Source of the DNA: Trichoplax adhaerens
Taxonomy: Eukaryota; Animalia; Placozoa
DNA length: 64,000 bases
Assembly (NCBI RefSeq): GCF_000150275.1
Contig: NW_002060948.1
Span: forward strand, 4,316,787-4,380,786
Direction: 5' to 3'
Shown: positions 13,401 through 27,508 of the stretch, piece after piece
Layout of the letters: every line of letters starts with the position of its first letter
Numbering within the stretch: position 1 is the stretch's first letter
Translations under genes and position numbers: made by a program
Notes under the pieces: model-generated
Database searches by the model: none
Told to the model about the DNA's origin: nothing
Seen by the model: the letters and a program-made list of their open reading frames with translations, nothing else

Positions 13401-16400
13401 ATTTAACTTACGCGTTTCGCATTGCCTGCCTGTCCATTCTGGAGGACATTTGCATATGTACCTTCCAATATCGTCACTACACTTCGACTCTGGATGCTTG
13501 CATGGATTTGATAGGCATTCATTAATATCTAACAAAGGAAAAAATAGTTCTCACACTAATCATATAATAAGAATAATTTAGCGCTTTGATCAAAATTTGA
13601 GGTAGTCAATTATATTCTACTGTCACAATTTCACTTCTGCGACAAGGTAACGTATAGTAAAAGTCTATAAGTAACTACTGACTTAAACGCCCTTTTACTT
13701 AACGTTAAACCTACACAGCAAAAGACTGTAAAGATGAAACTTTTATTAGCAAAGATACATCTACAACTTTTTACCACACTCTCAACTCAAATATTCCCGT
13801 TTATATAGGAACCGTCTAATTTGTAAACAACAACAGTATTGTTATTATACCTTACTAGGAGAAATATCTCGAACTGAGGTGCTCCTTACATAGCTTTTCT
13901 ATCAGTAAATATTTTGAATCTCTTACTCATACTTAATCTTAATCTAAGCTCGTAGGTTGTCTAATTCAGCTATCATCAACTAGAACTTAAATCATCTTAC
14001 TGCTATCTATCACACAATAACAATCAATATCAAATATGTAATGAACTATTTACAAATATCATCCACGTTAAGGCATCACTTATCTTACCTAGCACTACAA
14101 ATATGGATATTCTCCATACTAGCTACTACTGTACTTATTAAACTATCCTAATGACAAGGCAACACCGTAACATCTACCTCGGCTACAATTTTGATCAGTG
14201 TAACCAGATGGACAGGTACATCTATACTGGTAATCACCCAAGTTAGTACATGTACCATTATTTTGGCAAGGTGAATCCGCTAAACAAATGTTGGTATCTA
14301 CAGTAATCCAATGACAACATGATAATTAAATAAAGATGGCATGGATATTTCTTTGCTAATAAAAGGTACTGTACCATCCGAACAATTGATGCCAGTAAAA
14401 CCAAATTTACAGCTGCAATTGTAAGTGAACGGATCGATAAATTGACAAATTCCTCCATTTTGACATGGTTGTACAGTTCGGCATAAATCGGTGTCTATTG
14501 CAATACCAATAAGAACCTTTTAGTTACAGTTTCATTTAAAGAAATGATTTTATTGATATATAGTTTAAAGAAAATGGTAGAATCAAGTTCCGAATTACTT
14601 TATAGGATGATTTTTTATGAATTATCGTTTCGTGATTGGAGTTGCATAATTAATAACTGTAATTTTATATTGACCTTGAGTACAGTTTTGGCCAGTGTAT
14701 TTAGGCGGACATATACAGACATAAATGTAAGCTTCGATATACCGGCATTCTCCTCCATTTTGGCAAGGATGGTCCATACGACATACATTAGTATCTGTTC
14801 ACAAATTCGTATCTTAAGTACCGTAAGTCATCATTTGCACTTTAGTGATTATCAATCAATTATGCTATTAAAAAATTGTTTCCCTAACCTTCAGAACAAT
14901 TTACGCCAGCATATCCCTGACTACAAGTGCAGTTATAAGAGAATTTTCCTAAACTGTGACATGCAGCTCCGTTTTCACATGGATCACTTCTATTACATAT
15001 ATTAACATCTACAAAGAGAAAATATTATAAAGATGTAGTGAATAAATCTCAAGTTATTAAATCTGTTCAATCATACGGCACAAGTGTATGCATTTTGACA
15101 GCCATAAATTTTTGTCGTCATTGTTCTTTGCGATTACAATTTTCCAATTTGCAAATTAGAATTCAACATACTTGTATCGCAATGAATACCAATCCAATTT
15201 CGTGGACATTGGCACCGATATCCATTAACCTCATTGATGCATGTAGCTTGGTTATTGCAAGGATTAGATACACATTCATTGATATCTAAAGTATGAATGG
15301 AACAAATAGCCCTAGCACAGGTTAAGAAAGTTTTCATTCTAGCACGCTTATTATTATTATATTGCAATAATTCGACAGATATTATCTTGCCTTGTAAGCA
15401 ATGTTTTCCTGTATAGCCAGATTTACAAGTACAATTATATTGATAAGGTTCAAGAAAAGTACAGGCGCTACCATTGCCGCAAGGTGTCGTAGTTCTGCAG
15501 ACATTAACGTCTAGATACAAGAAAGATTACATAATAATAAGACAACTGTAATGTAACTTAGTATTGTGATTGTAGACTGTTAGCCATGTGTAGTATAATG
15601 TACGGTAGATATTTATCCTAAGAGATATTTGGTAGCTGTAACTATAGACTGTAGTGGTAGAGACTCTATGCTAGAGTACAGATGACTATATACAGTAAGC
15701 TGTTAAGTTACTAATATGGCTATAGGTAAAAATAGAACTGTAAATCATATATTAGGATATGGTTAATTCATTGTACTTTGGCTGGTGTGAATAATGTCTA
15801 CGTAAGTACTGTAGTCGTATCCATATTGGATTAATGATGGTCCGCAGTAGAATAGTCTTACTAAGAATAATTTAACTATGTGTAAAATAAGGTAAAAGGT
15901 TGCCATGCGGATTGTAGCTGCGAATGCTACGAAAAGTATAAAAGCATGCAACTTTAGATTATTCTGTTAGTTCGTTCTAGAAGTCTTTAGAAGTAGTATT
16001 CGGCTAGAGTAGAGCTGTGTAGTTAATCTTTATATAAGATTCAATAAAGCCCTTATTTTTCTAAAATTTGGAATTTCGTGATTGGTATATATCACAACAA
16101 CTAATCGGTAACTAATCAGTAATACAGCACTTACAACAATTGCACATCTTTAATATAAACGAACGCTATTATAATAAGTTCGCAATATTAAGAATCAAGA
16201 GAAATACATTCCGACTTGACACTTAATATTTTACCTTCCTCACAATCCATTCCAATATATCCTGAGAAGCAGCTGCAATTGTAGATGTAATTTGTCACAT
16301 ACTTGCAGATTCCTTGATTGTTACAGGGGTTACTTGTACGACATGGATTGGTATCTATAAATTTAGCGCAGATTAAATGAGCGAGATTTTTATTAAATAA

Positions 16401-19400
16401 TCCACAGTAAGATTTGTTGTAAGCTTTACATAACATTATCCCATTTCATAGATAAATTATGTCGCTATCATCGATTATAACCGAGCTCGCAATTTCGGCC
16501 TGTCCATTCTGAAGGACATACGCAGGTGTAATTATTAAGGCTATTAAGGCAAGTAGCGTTAACGTGTTTACAAGGAGTAGATGCACAATTTTTGATATCT
16601 TAAGGTAAAAAACAAATAGCAGTAGGATGTTAGTTTGATAAAGATTATACGATTTTTGATCCATGAATGAAGTACTGACTTACTTTGAGAGCAATTTTGC
16701 CCTGTATAGCCTGACACACATATGCAAGAATAGTCATAAGCTGCGTTATCTTGGCATGTACCACCATTTTGGCAAGGTGAGCTTGAACGACATAGATAAG
16801 TATCTTATTGTCAAAACAGACACTTTTATTAGTTATGATAGAAAATGCATTAAGTGAATATTATATATTCGGCTGTCTTCTTCTTGAATGCAAGAAAGCA
16901 CTAACCATTAGAGCAATTTTTTCCTACGTAGCCAGGTAGGCAACTGCAGTTGTAGTTGTAATCTCCAGTGTAACGGCAAACACTATGATTTTCGCAAGGA
17001 TTACTTCTACGGCAAATATTGGTATCTAAATAGTACAATGCGCCCATGCATTAGGCGTTTGAATATAGCAGGATCAATAGTATTAATCGTGACATATGCT
17101 AATTAATACTTTATTACGTGACAAAGGTTTCTAAACGTTACAATATAAACTAATTCCAAAATCTCGGATACCAACGAACCGGAAATGAATAATATATTTT
17201 GTGAAAAACGATAAATCGATATCATTTCAAGCACGATTACAAATTATAATGAAAAATTTTCTGCGGATATGATGTAGCCAAGATTTTGCTATTAAATTTA
17301 TTTACCATTTTGACAATATTTTCCGCCCCACCCCTCGATACATTGACAAGAATAACCATTAACACCATCGTTACATGTTCCTTCATTAAGGCAAGGGTTG
17401 GATATACATTCATCAATATCTGGAAAAATTTAAACAATTAGTGAAGTGATGCCGTAGCTTGTTCTAATATGTAATCGCTAAATAATTTATCAGGTGAAAG
17501 TAATTGAAATCATCCTAACTATGTTCACAATGGCTGCCATTCCATCCATCCTCACACCAGCAAGAGTAAGTGTTGTTAGCATCAATACAGATAGCATCAT
17601 TCAGGCAATTGTTTATAGCACACTCGTTAACATCTAAATCATTAAGTTGAACTAAGCTTAGCACGGATTTTTGAACCCAAATTTTATCTTTTTAATTAAT
17701 AACTATAACGCGAACTAAAGTTATGATATCAAAATTAGTTGTACTTATACTCACTATATTCACAGCGACTGCCGTTCCATCCATGGGCACATTCGCAAGT
17801 GTAGCTGTTAATACCATGCGAGCAGTTTGCTCCATGTAAGCATGGATTAGAAGCACACTCATTAATATCTAAATATTAAAGTTTAAACAATATTAAAATA
17901 TATCTTCATACTGAGAGCGGAGTAGTATCAGCGCCTTAATTGACTGCAGCTTAGAATTGTAAAACAGTGATTTACCTAGCTCACACATATTCCCATTCCA
18001 TCCAAACTGACATTGACAGGTAAAGTTACTGATGCCATTAATGCAGGTAGCCCCATTTAAGCATGGATTAGAGGTGCATTCATTAATTTCTACAAAATAA
18101 TCGATATCTATGATTCATTATCTACTATAGCAAGGAAAGTGAATTAATTTTCTATGAAAGACTACAGTAAGAATGAGATTTGTCTAACGAACTCCATCAA
18201 TTATTTTTTCCTTCCGTTACAATTTTAAAAGTGAAAAGTCATCAGCAACGAAATGCACATTTTAATTCATCAAAAACAATTTATGACAAAATAATATTAT
18301 TTAGAGCAGAAGTTCTCTTATTTTAATTTGAAAATTAGCTGCATTTATCGATGTTTCTTTTGCATGATGTATTAAAGCAAAGATCCGACCTTGTTCGCAC
18401 AGACTACCATTCCATCCATTTACACAATGACATTTATAGCCATTTATCAAATCAACACATGTTGCCTCATTCCAACACGGATTAGAAGAGCATTCATTAA
18501 TATCTAAGCGAAAACATGGAGGTGCATTGAAATTATAATTATTACAAAAGCTAAAATATGTCACTAATTCAAAAATATAGGCAGTTTCTTACAGAATTAA
18601 TTAATAAATATAATATATATAATTTAATTTCATTTATAAAGTTTGAACAGTCTCCCTAACTTTGTTCACAATGATCACCAGTCCATCCAGCTGCGCAGTG
18701 ACATGTATAGCTATTATTGCCATCAATACATGACGCTTCATGGAGGCATGGATTAGAGGAGCATTCATCGGTATCTAAATAATGCATTTCAATTATTCTT
18801 TAATATTATCAATTGCTACTTGCTATTAAAATGAATTTCTATGGCTAAAACTATACGTATTCAAATTGAAAGTAGCTTTATTTAAAGATGGATTGGGATA
18901 GAAATTTAATATGTGAAATAAATGAGCGAAATGCATCAAGGAAAAATCATTTTTTATCAATAAAATTAAATATATCATACTTCGTTCACACCGTGCCCCT
19001 TCCCAGCCGGCTAAGCAATGACAGGTATAGTTGTTAATCAAGTCAGTACAGTTAGCTTCATTTAAACATGGATTAGAGACGCAGTCATCAATATCTATAG
19101 TAAAATATGCAATTGAGAACTTAGAAATAATTGCGGCTGCCATATTACCAAAATTTATATATGTCTAACTTCGATCACATTGATCCCCTGTCCAGCCAGT
19201 TAAGCATTGACATGTATAATTATTGATGCCATTAGTACAGTTAACTCCATTTAAGCATGGATTAGAAGAGCATTCATCAACATCTGCGCCAAATTAGCAA
19301 GAAAATTACCGAACTGTATTAAGTATTATTGAGGAACTTTTAATTATGTTACTAACTATGTTGGCATTGCTTTCCAGTCCAGTCAACTAGACAATGACAA

Positions 19401-22400
19401 GTATATTTATTAATGCCATCGGTGCAGTTAGCTTCATTTAAGCATGGATTCGAAGAGCATTCATCAATATCTACGTCATTTAAGTAAATAAATTACTTAT
19501 CAATATTTTATATTACTAAAATTAATTATCTATCTAACTTTGTTCGCATCGATTTCCAGTCCAGCCAGTCAGGCAGTGACAAGTATAGTTATTAACGCCG
19601 TTAATGCAGCTGGCTCCGTTTAAACATGAACTGGAAAAGCAGTGACTAATTTCTAAGTCAAATAAGAAATAAGTTATAGGGCAATATTGTACTTTACTAA
19701 GATTACTTATAATGTATCTAACTTTGTCCACATTGATATCCAGTCCAGCCGGTTTGACAGTGACAGGTGTAACTATTAATACCGTTAGTGCAATTGATTG
19801 CATTTAAACATGGATTAGAAGAGCATTCGTTAAAATCTAGACGAAACATACAAAGTCGTAAAAGATTACCGTAACTGTTTCAGAAAAGTCAATAGTTAAA
19901 TAAATGCTGTGAAGTACAGTACATGTTGAAAGTTATAAAAAATATATACTACCTTGGCCACAACGGCTGCCTGTCCATCCTTTTGAACAGAGACATGTAT
20001 AACTGTTGACTCCATCAACGCACGTTGCTGAGTTTAAGCATGGATTGGAAGCACACTCATTGTCACCTGAATTATACAAGTATTATAAATTGAATCATCG
20101 ATTTCGATATCTAAAAGTAGTTCTAGAGTCAGATAAAAGTTATACGAACTAAATTAAATTGTTCTATTTATTGATTTATAACTTTAATACGATACTGATT
20201 AAGACATATGAAAGGACATCGTTATAATTGAAATCAGTCACGTGCTTTAGTTTGTTACTAGTATGCAACCCTTGTTTAATTTTAAATGTGTATAAATGAC
20301 TACTCACCAGCAATACAAGATATACCATAGTACGGACTAATGCATGTAACTGTAAATTTTACAGAGAGGGTTAGTACTGTTCTAGGTTTCGCAGCTAGTG
20401 TTTTTTGCACTGTTGTGCCAGCATCAATCGCTAGTGGCTCGTCAATTTGACCGAGAAATTCATACGTATACGGAGGAGTATCACCATCTCGATCGTAAAT
20501 ACCTATTTTGACCTGAAGATTTCTCTGTACAGGTATTATTGCAAGGTATATATCCAAATAAAATAGTTGGCGCATTTAATCTCATAGATCTAAAGGCATT
20601 ATTTATACCCTATCGTATCAATCTATAATTTATTTATAAAAAATACTGGTTATCTGTTCAAAATTTTCTCAAATTTATAATCGGATATCAGTGATAGTAG
20701 CTACATACTATATATTGCGATCTTTTAAAGCTTACCGGCCAATCTCCATTAAATGGAATAGTAACAGGCAATTTAACACGCCCATCTTCAGTTAATTTAT
20801 GTTTGCTTAAATTGTAACCGCTATGGACAAAGTAATTAAATACCATTGTGGTAAAAGACCAATATTGCGTTGGATTAGAAGTAGTACCCAACTGGAACCG
20901 AAATTCGTATTCGCAAGCGTTTAACTTAGTTCCATCACAACGTTTACGATCAGTGATTTTATCCCCAGGATTGGTAAAAATTCCTAAATCCATAGTGAGA
21001 TTGCCTTGTTGATTTCCGAAGCATAATTCGTCTTTTAACTAAAAATTAATGTTAAAGACACGAAAGAAAATTAATTAATCATGTTGTTATCTCGTTTGGA
21101 GCACTGATGTATATTAAACAGTTATTAATTCAATTATGGCTATCTAGCGAAACCCGCTTAAATTTCACGAACAGCACTTTAAGTTAACCTGTAAACACCC
21201 TAAAGGTTCACGAGCTTCTACAGAATACCCTTATAATTAAATTGAACCCTACCTTATATACAGAATAAAACGATTAAAAATACATGAAAAGATATATGTG
21301 AAACACCTTTAATTTTACGAAAAAGTATATGGGATAAGATTGCAAATAAATAAAAATGAAAGTATAGATGGAAGATTTGATAAATACGTTAAGCACTTTT
21401 GATATAGTATCTCAAAAGATACAGACTGTATTCAATAAAAAATAAGATGCAAATTTCAATTATTTTCTTGAAATACTTATGAGGCCATTGCTCTTTACTG
21501 CGTGTAGCTTTTCAGCTAATTATGGTAGTAATTTAAGTACGGTAGCATTAAGAAGTGGAATAGTCTACTATGCTTATAAGGTAATTTCATGAAACGGTGT
21601 ACTTATACTGTTTGTACTATGTGTGCATAATGCTGCAGTAGTCGGCTATATAAGGTAGTGTTTTTGTGTAATGCCTTAATACGCGTATAACTATTAGATA
21701 ATATGGAAATGTTCTCGTGGGGGCTAAGTCGATTATCCGGATTATCTTAGCCACTGTCGACTGTTATTATGAGGGAAGAAAAGTGAATTCATCTCCTGTC
21801 AAGTGTTCTATTGATAACGATACTTTCAAGGTTAAACACGGTATTTACCCGATCTTATGTCATGCTAGAGATTGTTCGATTTTAATAACTCAGATTTTGA
21901 GTTACATGATTGCGAACCTAAGGGGTTGCAAAACCCAAGCACTAATTAATTTGGCGCTGCGAGTAAACTACGCGTACATTGAAAGTATTGAACTTACAGT
22001 TAGGTATATAAAGAGCTACGTTCTTCTATTAATTATTTATAATTACAGAGAGCTTATACCTATTGATAAACTTTGACGATATGATGCGAGTATAAAGTAT
22101 GACGTAATCTGCAGCTATAATTACGAATAGATATTGTATCTGTATTACATAACGGCATCAGTTACCACAAGTCTTGATTTTATCTTAGTATTACGTTGAA
22201 TAATTGCGCAAGATTACTAGTAATTACTTGGTTATTAATTTCATATCTCTCTTTGATGTTCTGCCAAACTATTTTCGAACTATTATTATGTTTATACTTA
22301 ACTACGTTGAATGTGCTTGCTTTACAATAAGGTAAATAAAGTGTATCATTCTTCTTCCATAAATAATTAAGAAGAGCTTATACCTATAGATACACTTTGA

Positions 22401-24690
22401 CTATATGTTACGTCTGCACATTATGATGTAATCTACAATTACGAATACACAGATTCCTTATTTTATTAGGCTATCAGCTAAACTTGAATTTTATCTCTAT
22501 AATACATTAACTAATCGTTTGCTTCAAAGAGCTATCCGAACTGGAAACATAAGCAACAGTTGATATTCAAGCATTCTTATAAGGTTAGACGTGTTGTGGA
22601 GTATGAACGAAACAAGATGCTCGGAATTTAGATGATCCACGTTAGTTCAAGCGAGGCTCATTCTATAAGACTTTTGTGAGTAACTGTAATAATTCGTACT
22701 CTCAGGATAAATTATAAGAACGAAATTGAATGATTTGATCCAAAGAAAATCATATAGCGGAATAATCTGATAAAAGCTTATGTTCGACAATTACGGATAG
22801 TTCATGCAATGAATAGATTAAAGCTTTACTGCATTAATTCATTAGGTGCGGTAAACTCCTATCTAAAATACAGCATATAGTATTCCACAGAAAATCTACT
22901 GACCACTTCTTTTACAAAATAGCACGGTCAACAGACAAGAGCATTCCTACGTTTTACTTATTATTAGTAGATCATTTATTACAAATTAAGCTATCACCCG
23001 GAAGCTCGTTTACTACTTCGCTGATAGGTCCCTACAGCGGCTGAATAAGAGCTTTGTTCAGTAATTTATTTTAAAAATTAATTGATTTATTATAAAAAAA
23101 GGCGTTGCTAAGCATGACACAATCTATGCAAATATTGCTAGTGCAAGTTCCAAAGAAGATAGCTCTGATGCGCATATGTAAAATGTTGATCAATTATAGT
23201 TTTTACAAATCCACGCATTAATTTGTACCAGTGCTCTTTATGATTGTAAACAGTATCCTTTTAATAGACTACAACCTTTAGTTAGTAAGTTGAGTGATAT
23301 TTGAATAATTCTAGTAAATCAAGTGAAACTGAAAAAACCTAGCATGTGTATATTATGCAGTCCAGTAGTATATATTTTACATATGAAACTGCATCAATTT
23401 ACTGCAAGAAGTTTATGTATCCATATTTCATAGCGGGGAAAAAACACCGATTTAACATCAAATCTAATTAATTAAACTAATAAATCTTAGTTTGCGCTAT
23501 GTATGCAATTAAAGAGCCACTACGCTACTATGAAGTTATGGAGAAGCTCTATTATGTAACAAGATTGATAAATCTTTTACTGCTTCTATACAGCTGTAGA
23601 TGGGTTTTAATATATTACTTTGCTATGTACTGATAGCCTTATTTCCGTGCATTTAAAGTAAAATCGATATACTCAATTCATGATAATTTACCCCTTTTAG
23701 ATATAACAGTCAAGTACTGATAGACTAAAATTTTATCTAACATTCAAACTAAAATGTTATCTATGGCAAACATACATGACGCTAGAATAGCATTGCCCTT
23801 GTAATAGAAATTTTACTATTTGGTTTGCTAAAACAGCAAAATTAATAAACAAGTATAGCGTTACTGATTATTTATGCAGTAGTTATTTAGGGTAAAGCGG
23901 CGCAAGTAAGAAAATAGATGCGAAAAAATTTATAATCTGAGTGGTAATGTGCTAAATCAAGTTTCAGCTGCATTCTAAAATACGCTATAATGACTAAAAA
24001 TTTAGAATTCGAAGTGATTCCGCTTTTGCATATTAAATCACTTAAATCTCTCTAAAATATGCCTGACAAATTATATATCTTTCTTTTAATCAGGAAATAA
24101 AATTTTGTTATGAAGGAAATTTGCCAATGAAATTCAGAATGTTCAAAATCTGACTAAATCGTAAACTCTAATTGATCCATTGCTATAAAGTATTGCAATA
24201 GAAGTTTTGTCTGTTAAAAGCCAAAACTTAAAGCAATTAATCAGTGAATAAAAGGTTACATAGACAAAGACCTGAAAGCCATTTTCGGGAGTAAGTAAGA
24301 AAATTGGTGATAAAATGCGATTACATTAAAAATAAATTACTGATTGAGTTTAAAGTAAAACTTAGCTTTTGAGATAAGACATTCAATCACGTAAACGTTT
24401 TACTTTTCGTGCATTCTAATGATTGCTAGTAAATACAGAATGCACGAATTTATTCCTTAACCCTAACGTAATTTACTCTTATTATCTAAATAAGTATCTA
24501 CAGATCTTGCATAAAGTTAATGGAATTAAGCGTGATATAAAATTCATTAACAGAGGATAAAAACGTAAAATTGATTTGAAAGCCAAATTAGATTTCCGGA
24601 CAAAACAAAATTTTTACTCACCAATATGATAATAAATGATAGATGGATGTAAAATATGGTAGACTTTATTCCATCCATGTTTTTAGCCAT
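7488..24690 (-). CDS. Gene A: Delta/Jagged-derived type-I membrane protein (SP, C2/MNNL, truncated DSL, ~34 EGF, FN3, TM, tyrosine-motif tail); ~44 exons
   Basis: Exon 1 24622-24690 ([29 protein letters not shown] donor, phase 0). Exons 20736-21038 and 20308-20524 form the C2/MNNL. 34 single-EGF phase 1-1 exons lie between ~20066 and ~9795. FN3 9390-9695; TM 8964-9117; six tail exons end ...[12 protein letters not shown] (TAA 7488-7490). Splice phases join in frame except for one exon with an internal stop (11175-11177). Confidence 0.82.
8964..9117 (-). other. Gene A transmembrane exon
   Basis: [51 protein letters not shown]: hydrophobic run followed by a basic stop-transfer sequence; AG/GT boundaries. 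Confidence 0.85.
9390..9695 (-). other. Gene A fibronectin type III exon
   Basis: [24 protein letters not shown]...LHVQYRK...[21 protein letters not shown] shows the FN3 W, Y and L-x4-Y pattern; 306-nt phase 1-1 exon. Confidence 0.75.
15547..16096 (+). mobile_element. Solo LTR, family 1, copy 2 (550 bp, TSD ACAAC), in an intron of gene A
   Basis: Starts TGTAATG and ends ATCACA, with ACAAC on both flanks. TATAAAAG at 15937 and AATAAA at 16043 give a U3-R-U5-like layout and define the LTR orientation. Confidence 0.88.
20308..21038 (-). other. Gene A N-terminal C2/MNNL domain plus DSL remnant (two exons)
   Basis: [35 protein letters not shown]...[11 protein letters not shown]|[13 protein letters not shown]...[16 protein letters not shown] matches the Notch-ligand N-terminal pattern (..F.N..G....CxG..C...F......PF...WPG.....awD) and the start of the DSL (V.C...YYG..C). 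Confidence 0.8.
21503..21963 (+). mobile_element. LTR family 2, copy 2, followed by a PBS-like site (probable 5' LTR remnant) in intron 1 of gene A
   Basis: Similar to 2351-2805 and starts TGTAG. TGGCGCTGCGAG at 21952-21963 lies a few nt after the repeat end and resembles the complement of a tRNA-Ser 3' end. Confidence 0.6.
22020..22500. repeat. Diverged direct duplication (~22020-22190 and ~22348-22500)
   Basis: Shared agagcttatacctatWgataMactttgacKatatgWtRcg...tatgaYgtaatct...aattacgaata core at 22049 and 22373. Confidence 0.6.
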
Positions 24691-25032
24691 ATCAATATGT
24701 TGATTCCTGATTAAAGGTGCTGCTAAAGTAGGTAAACAAGTGGTTAATTCAAGGTTGCATACTATTTGTTGCTCCGAATAGTTTCTATATAGAGTGTGTG
24801 CAGTACATTGGAACCAATTTATATATATTATTTATGGCGAAGAAGCCCTCCCACTTCCTTGCGAATTGTTTTGTCTGCGAAAAATACCATTCATTACAAC
24901 TAAATGTTGACTCTAAAGAAAGTATTAAAAGAATAAGGCCCCAAAAATTATAGACTATAGATCAATTTAGGATGCTTCCGTATAATAATTGATCCCTCTA
25001 TATGAAAATAAGGTAAATTATAAATTTTACAG

Positions 25033-25720
25033 GGCACCGCCGGCACTAAAAACGATGCTTCAATCCAGTTATGAGGAATAGCATGATGGGATATAGGAAA
25101 TACAGAGTTTTACGCGATTTCATGGTAAAAGATAACAGCTATTCAATTTGGAGAATTATTCAAAGTCTTATAGTTCATATTGTCATGACGTTGTTGATTT
25201 ATTATATATTGCTCAGTTGGAACGTCTCCAGGAGTTTTCTACCCAGGAAGTGACAATAGCATATGCCTCCAAGATAGTTTTCGAAACAATCTCAATCGCC
25301 GGTACAATGGAAAATACATTGAATTCAATTAGAGGGTTGACAAAATTGTTTAGTAAATCCGGAGATTTAATTTACATCGCTTAGTAATTTTAGTTCGTCA
25401 TACTTTATCTACAGGGTTGAATAAAAATGAATCAGCTACGGTATGCTCTATATAGCCAATGGATAAATGCACAAACAGTAGATATTCTAGCAAAAAAATA
25501 CAAACATAACTACTATACTTAGGAAAGATAGATGCACCCATTTTAGTTCCCTTGGAAAATATATCAATGGCAGAATTCCATTCTTATGCCAAATCGAGTG
25601 AGCTAATGCAGGTCATTCAATAGTTTTTGCTTATGAAATTGAATGAACAAGGCATGGATTGTCCTTATCCCTAAAATTATATACCGCGATTAGTAGAAAA
25701 TTCTTAATGGCAACCTGTAA
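25033..25720 (+). pseudogene. Possible decayed two-exon coding relic of unknown family
   Basis: After ttttacag (25032) and ttatctacag (25414), frames read as protein-like text (APPALKTMLQSSYEE*...YCHDVVDLLYIAQLERLQEF...; ...LLYLGKIDAPILVPLENISMAEFHSY...) interrupted by scattered TAA/TAG codons. No family recognised. Confidence 0.3.
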
Positions 25721-27508
25721 TAATCTCAATTTATTCCGAATTACTGGTGTATCATACTTAAGGAGAACTACAAGAAGCAGGTTTATTTCAGATCTTTTCT
25801 CAAAAACTTTACAAAATTTCACTACCAAAAGTAATAGTCATATTAAAACTGATTATACATGTTCCATTCTTCGTACGTATGTTTATGCTTGTTCAGTAAA
25901 ATAAGAAAATAATGGATTGCAGAACAATAATGAATACTTTTTCGCTACTGTTTTATACTCTAATTTAAATACTTTCGATCCAAGCGTAAAAACGAGTCGT
26001 AAGTTCCTATTGTCCTATATTAACCTCAGGGCTTTGAGTCAATCGTAGATTGTCGCTTTGAACATTGTAGATATTTTTTTACGGTTTTATCAGTTACATA
26101 CACCGAAACTGTAGCCTAAATTAAGTCATTTAAGATAGTACACAGTATATGTGTACATGGGACTGATTACTATTAAGGTTACATTACAGTTTAGGAAAGT
26201 TGCGGTATCATCGAAAAAATTATCTTAGGAATTGCCTAATCAACGAAATTTCCGAATAGCGCTCAAAACAGTTAATTGTAAGCAGTACTACTATAAATTT
26301 CAAACGTCGTGTTCCGTAATGTAAAATGATTTAAACTATCGAACTACCAAGTCAAAAAGCGCCACAATAACACTCTAACTTTCGATATATTATTTAAGCA
26401 AGTATTTAATCAGAAGGTAAGCATGTGCTGGAATGCACCGATATAATGTTATCTGCACATTTACGTAAACAGTTAATGATCGGCATAATGGAATTTGTGT
26501 GCCATGCATTGAGTTTTGGACTTCCTACGATCTACGGCTACGTATATAATCATCATTTGCAGCAATAAGGATTTTCAATGCATGTCTGATAGTCATCTAT
26601 TTATTTACAATAATTTCTTGATATCAAAATGAAGCTATAAATTTCATATACACGTCTGATAATTAAACCTAGATATCTGCTATAATATCGACAAAAGTTA
26701 ACCTTATCTGGCATAAATATGGCGAAAATTATTGTAAGCCATGTGTTGTTACTTTTACCTAGAATTAGCAAAAGATGGTTTCAATTTGACTTTATATCTG
26801 TAAGTCCTATTCAATAAAAGGGTAAAAGTGCAAATATCGGCAATCTGCAGGGTTTCACAATGGAAAGATAGCATTATGTTTGAACATTGCTAATTAATCA
26901 GGCATGATAGAATGCTTTACAATGATTTAATTGAAATATGTCTCGGGAAGGTTGCCTATATTACAAAGTTACGACTACGTGATTTCTGTTATGGCAGGAT
27001 GCATATTTTAATCTTCGCTATCCGAAATACTTTGAGAAATTTTGTGCGATATCACCGCTGTAAAAATAAAGATAGTAGTTAAGATAGAAAAATTTACTTT
27101 AATATTATGTATTCTATCGTTGTGACATTAACTATACCTGCATTATAAAAATTGATTATAATATTGTATATATATCGGTAACGAAAATTACTAGCAGCTT
27201 TCTAGCTAATAGTATCATCTTACAATATTATCAAATACCAAATCACTGCACTAACAAGACAATAACAATGTATTCGTATCACAGCCAGACTAGCGATCAA
27301 AATTTTTTCTCGAAATTGATACAGAAATCGAAATAACAGCTTGACGAACACTTAACTACTGGTATTTGATAGTCAAATTTAGATTTAAGGACTAATCAAT
27401 AGTTACGTTAGCGCTTATATAGTCATAGATACTGTAGAGTATGGCATTGATAATTTCCATACTTTTTTAATCGGATTTCACATTCTAATTTACTAGTAGA
27501 ATTTTGAT

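Noticed and set aside
15763-15951. Hydrophobic ~62-aa ORF repeated three times (5440, 15763, 29728)
   Set aside because: It lies antisense within the solo LTR, uses a TTG start in two copies, and its persistence is explained by the copies being young.
21250-21340. Hydrophobic stretch as the first exon of gene A
   Set aside because: It has an in-frame TAA before the donor and no ATG; 24622-24690 gives a clean ATG, signal peptide and phase-0 GTGAGT donor.
26400-26900. Scattered Cys motifs on the plus strand (HNGICVPC, NYCKPC) as a TNFR-like relic
   Set aside because: Too short and not joinable into a consistent frame; indistinguishable from chance.
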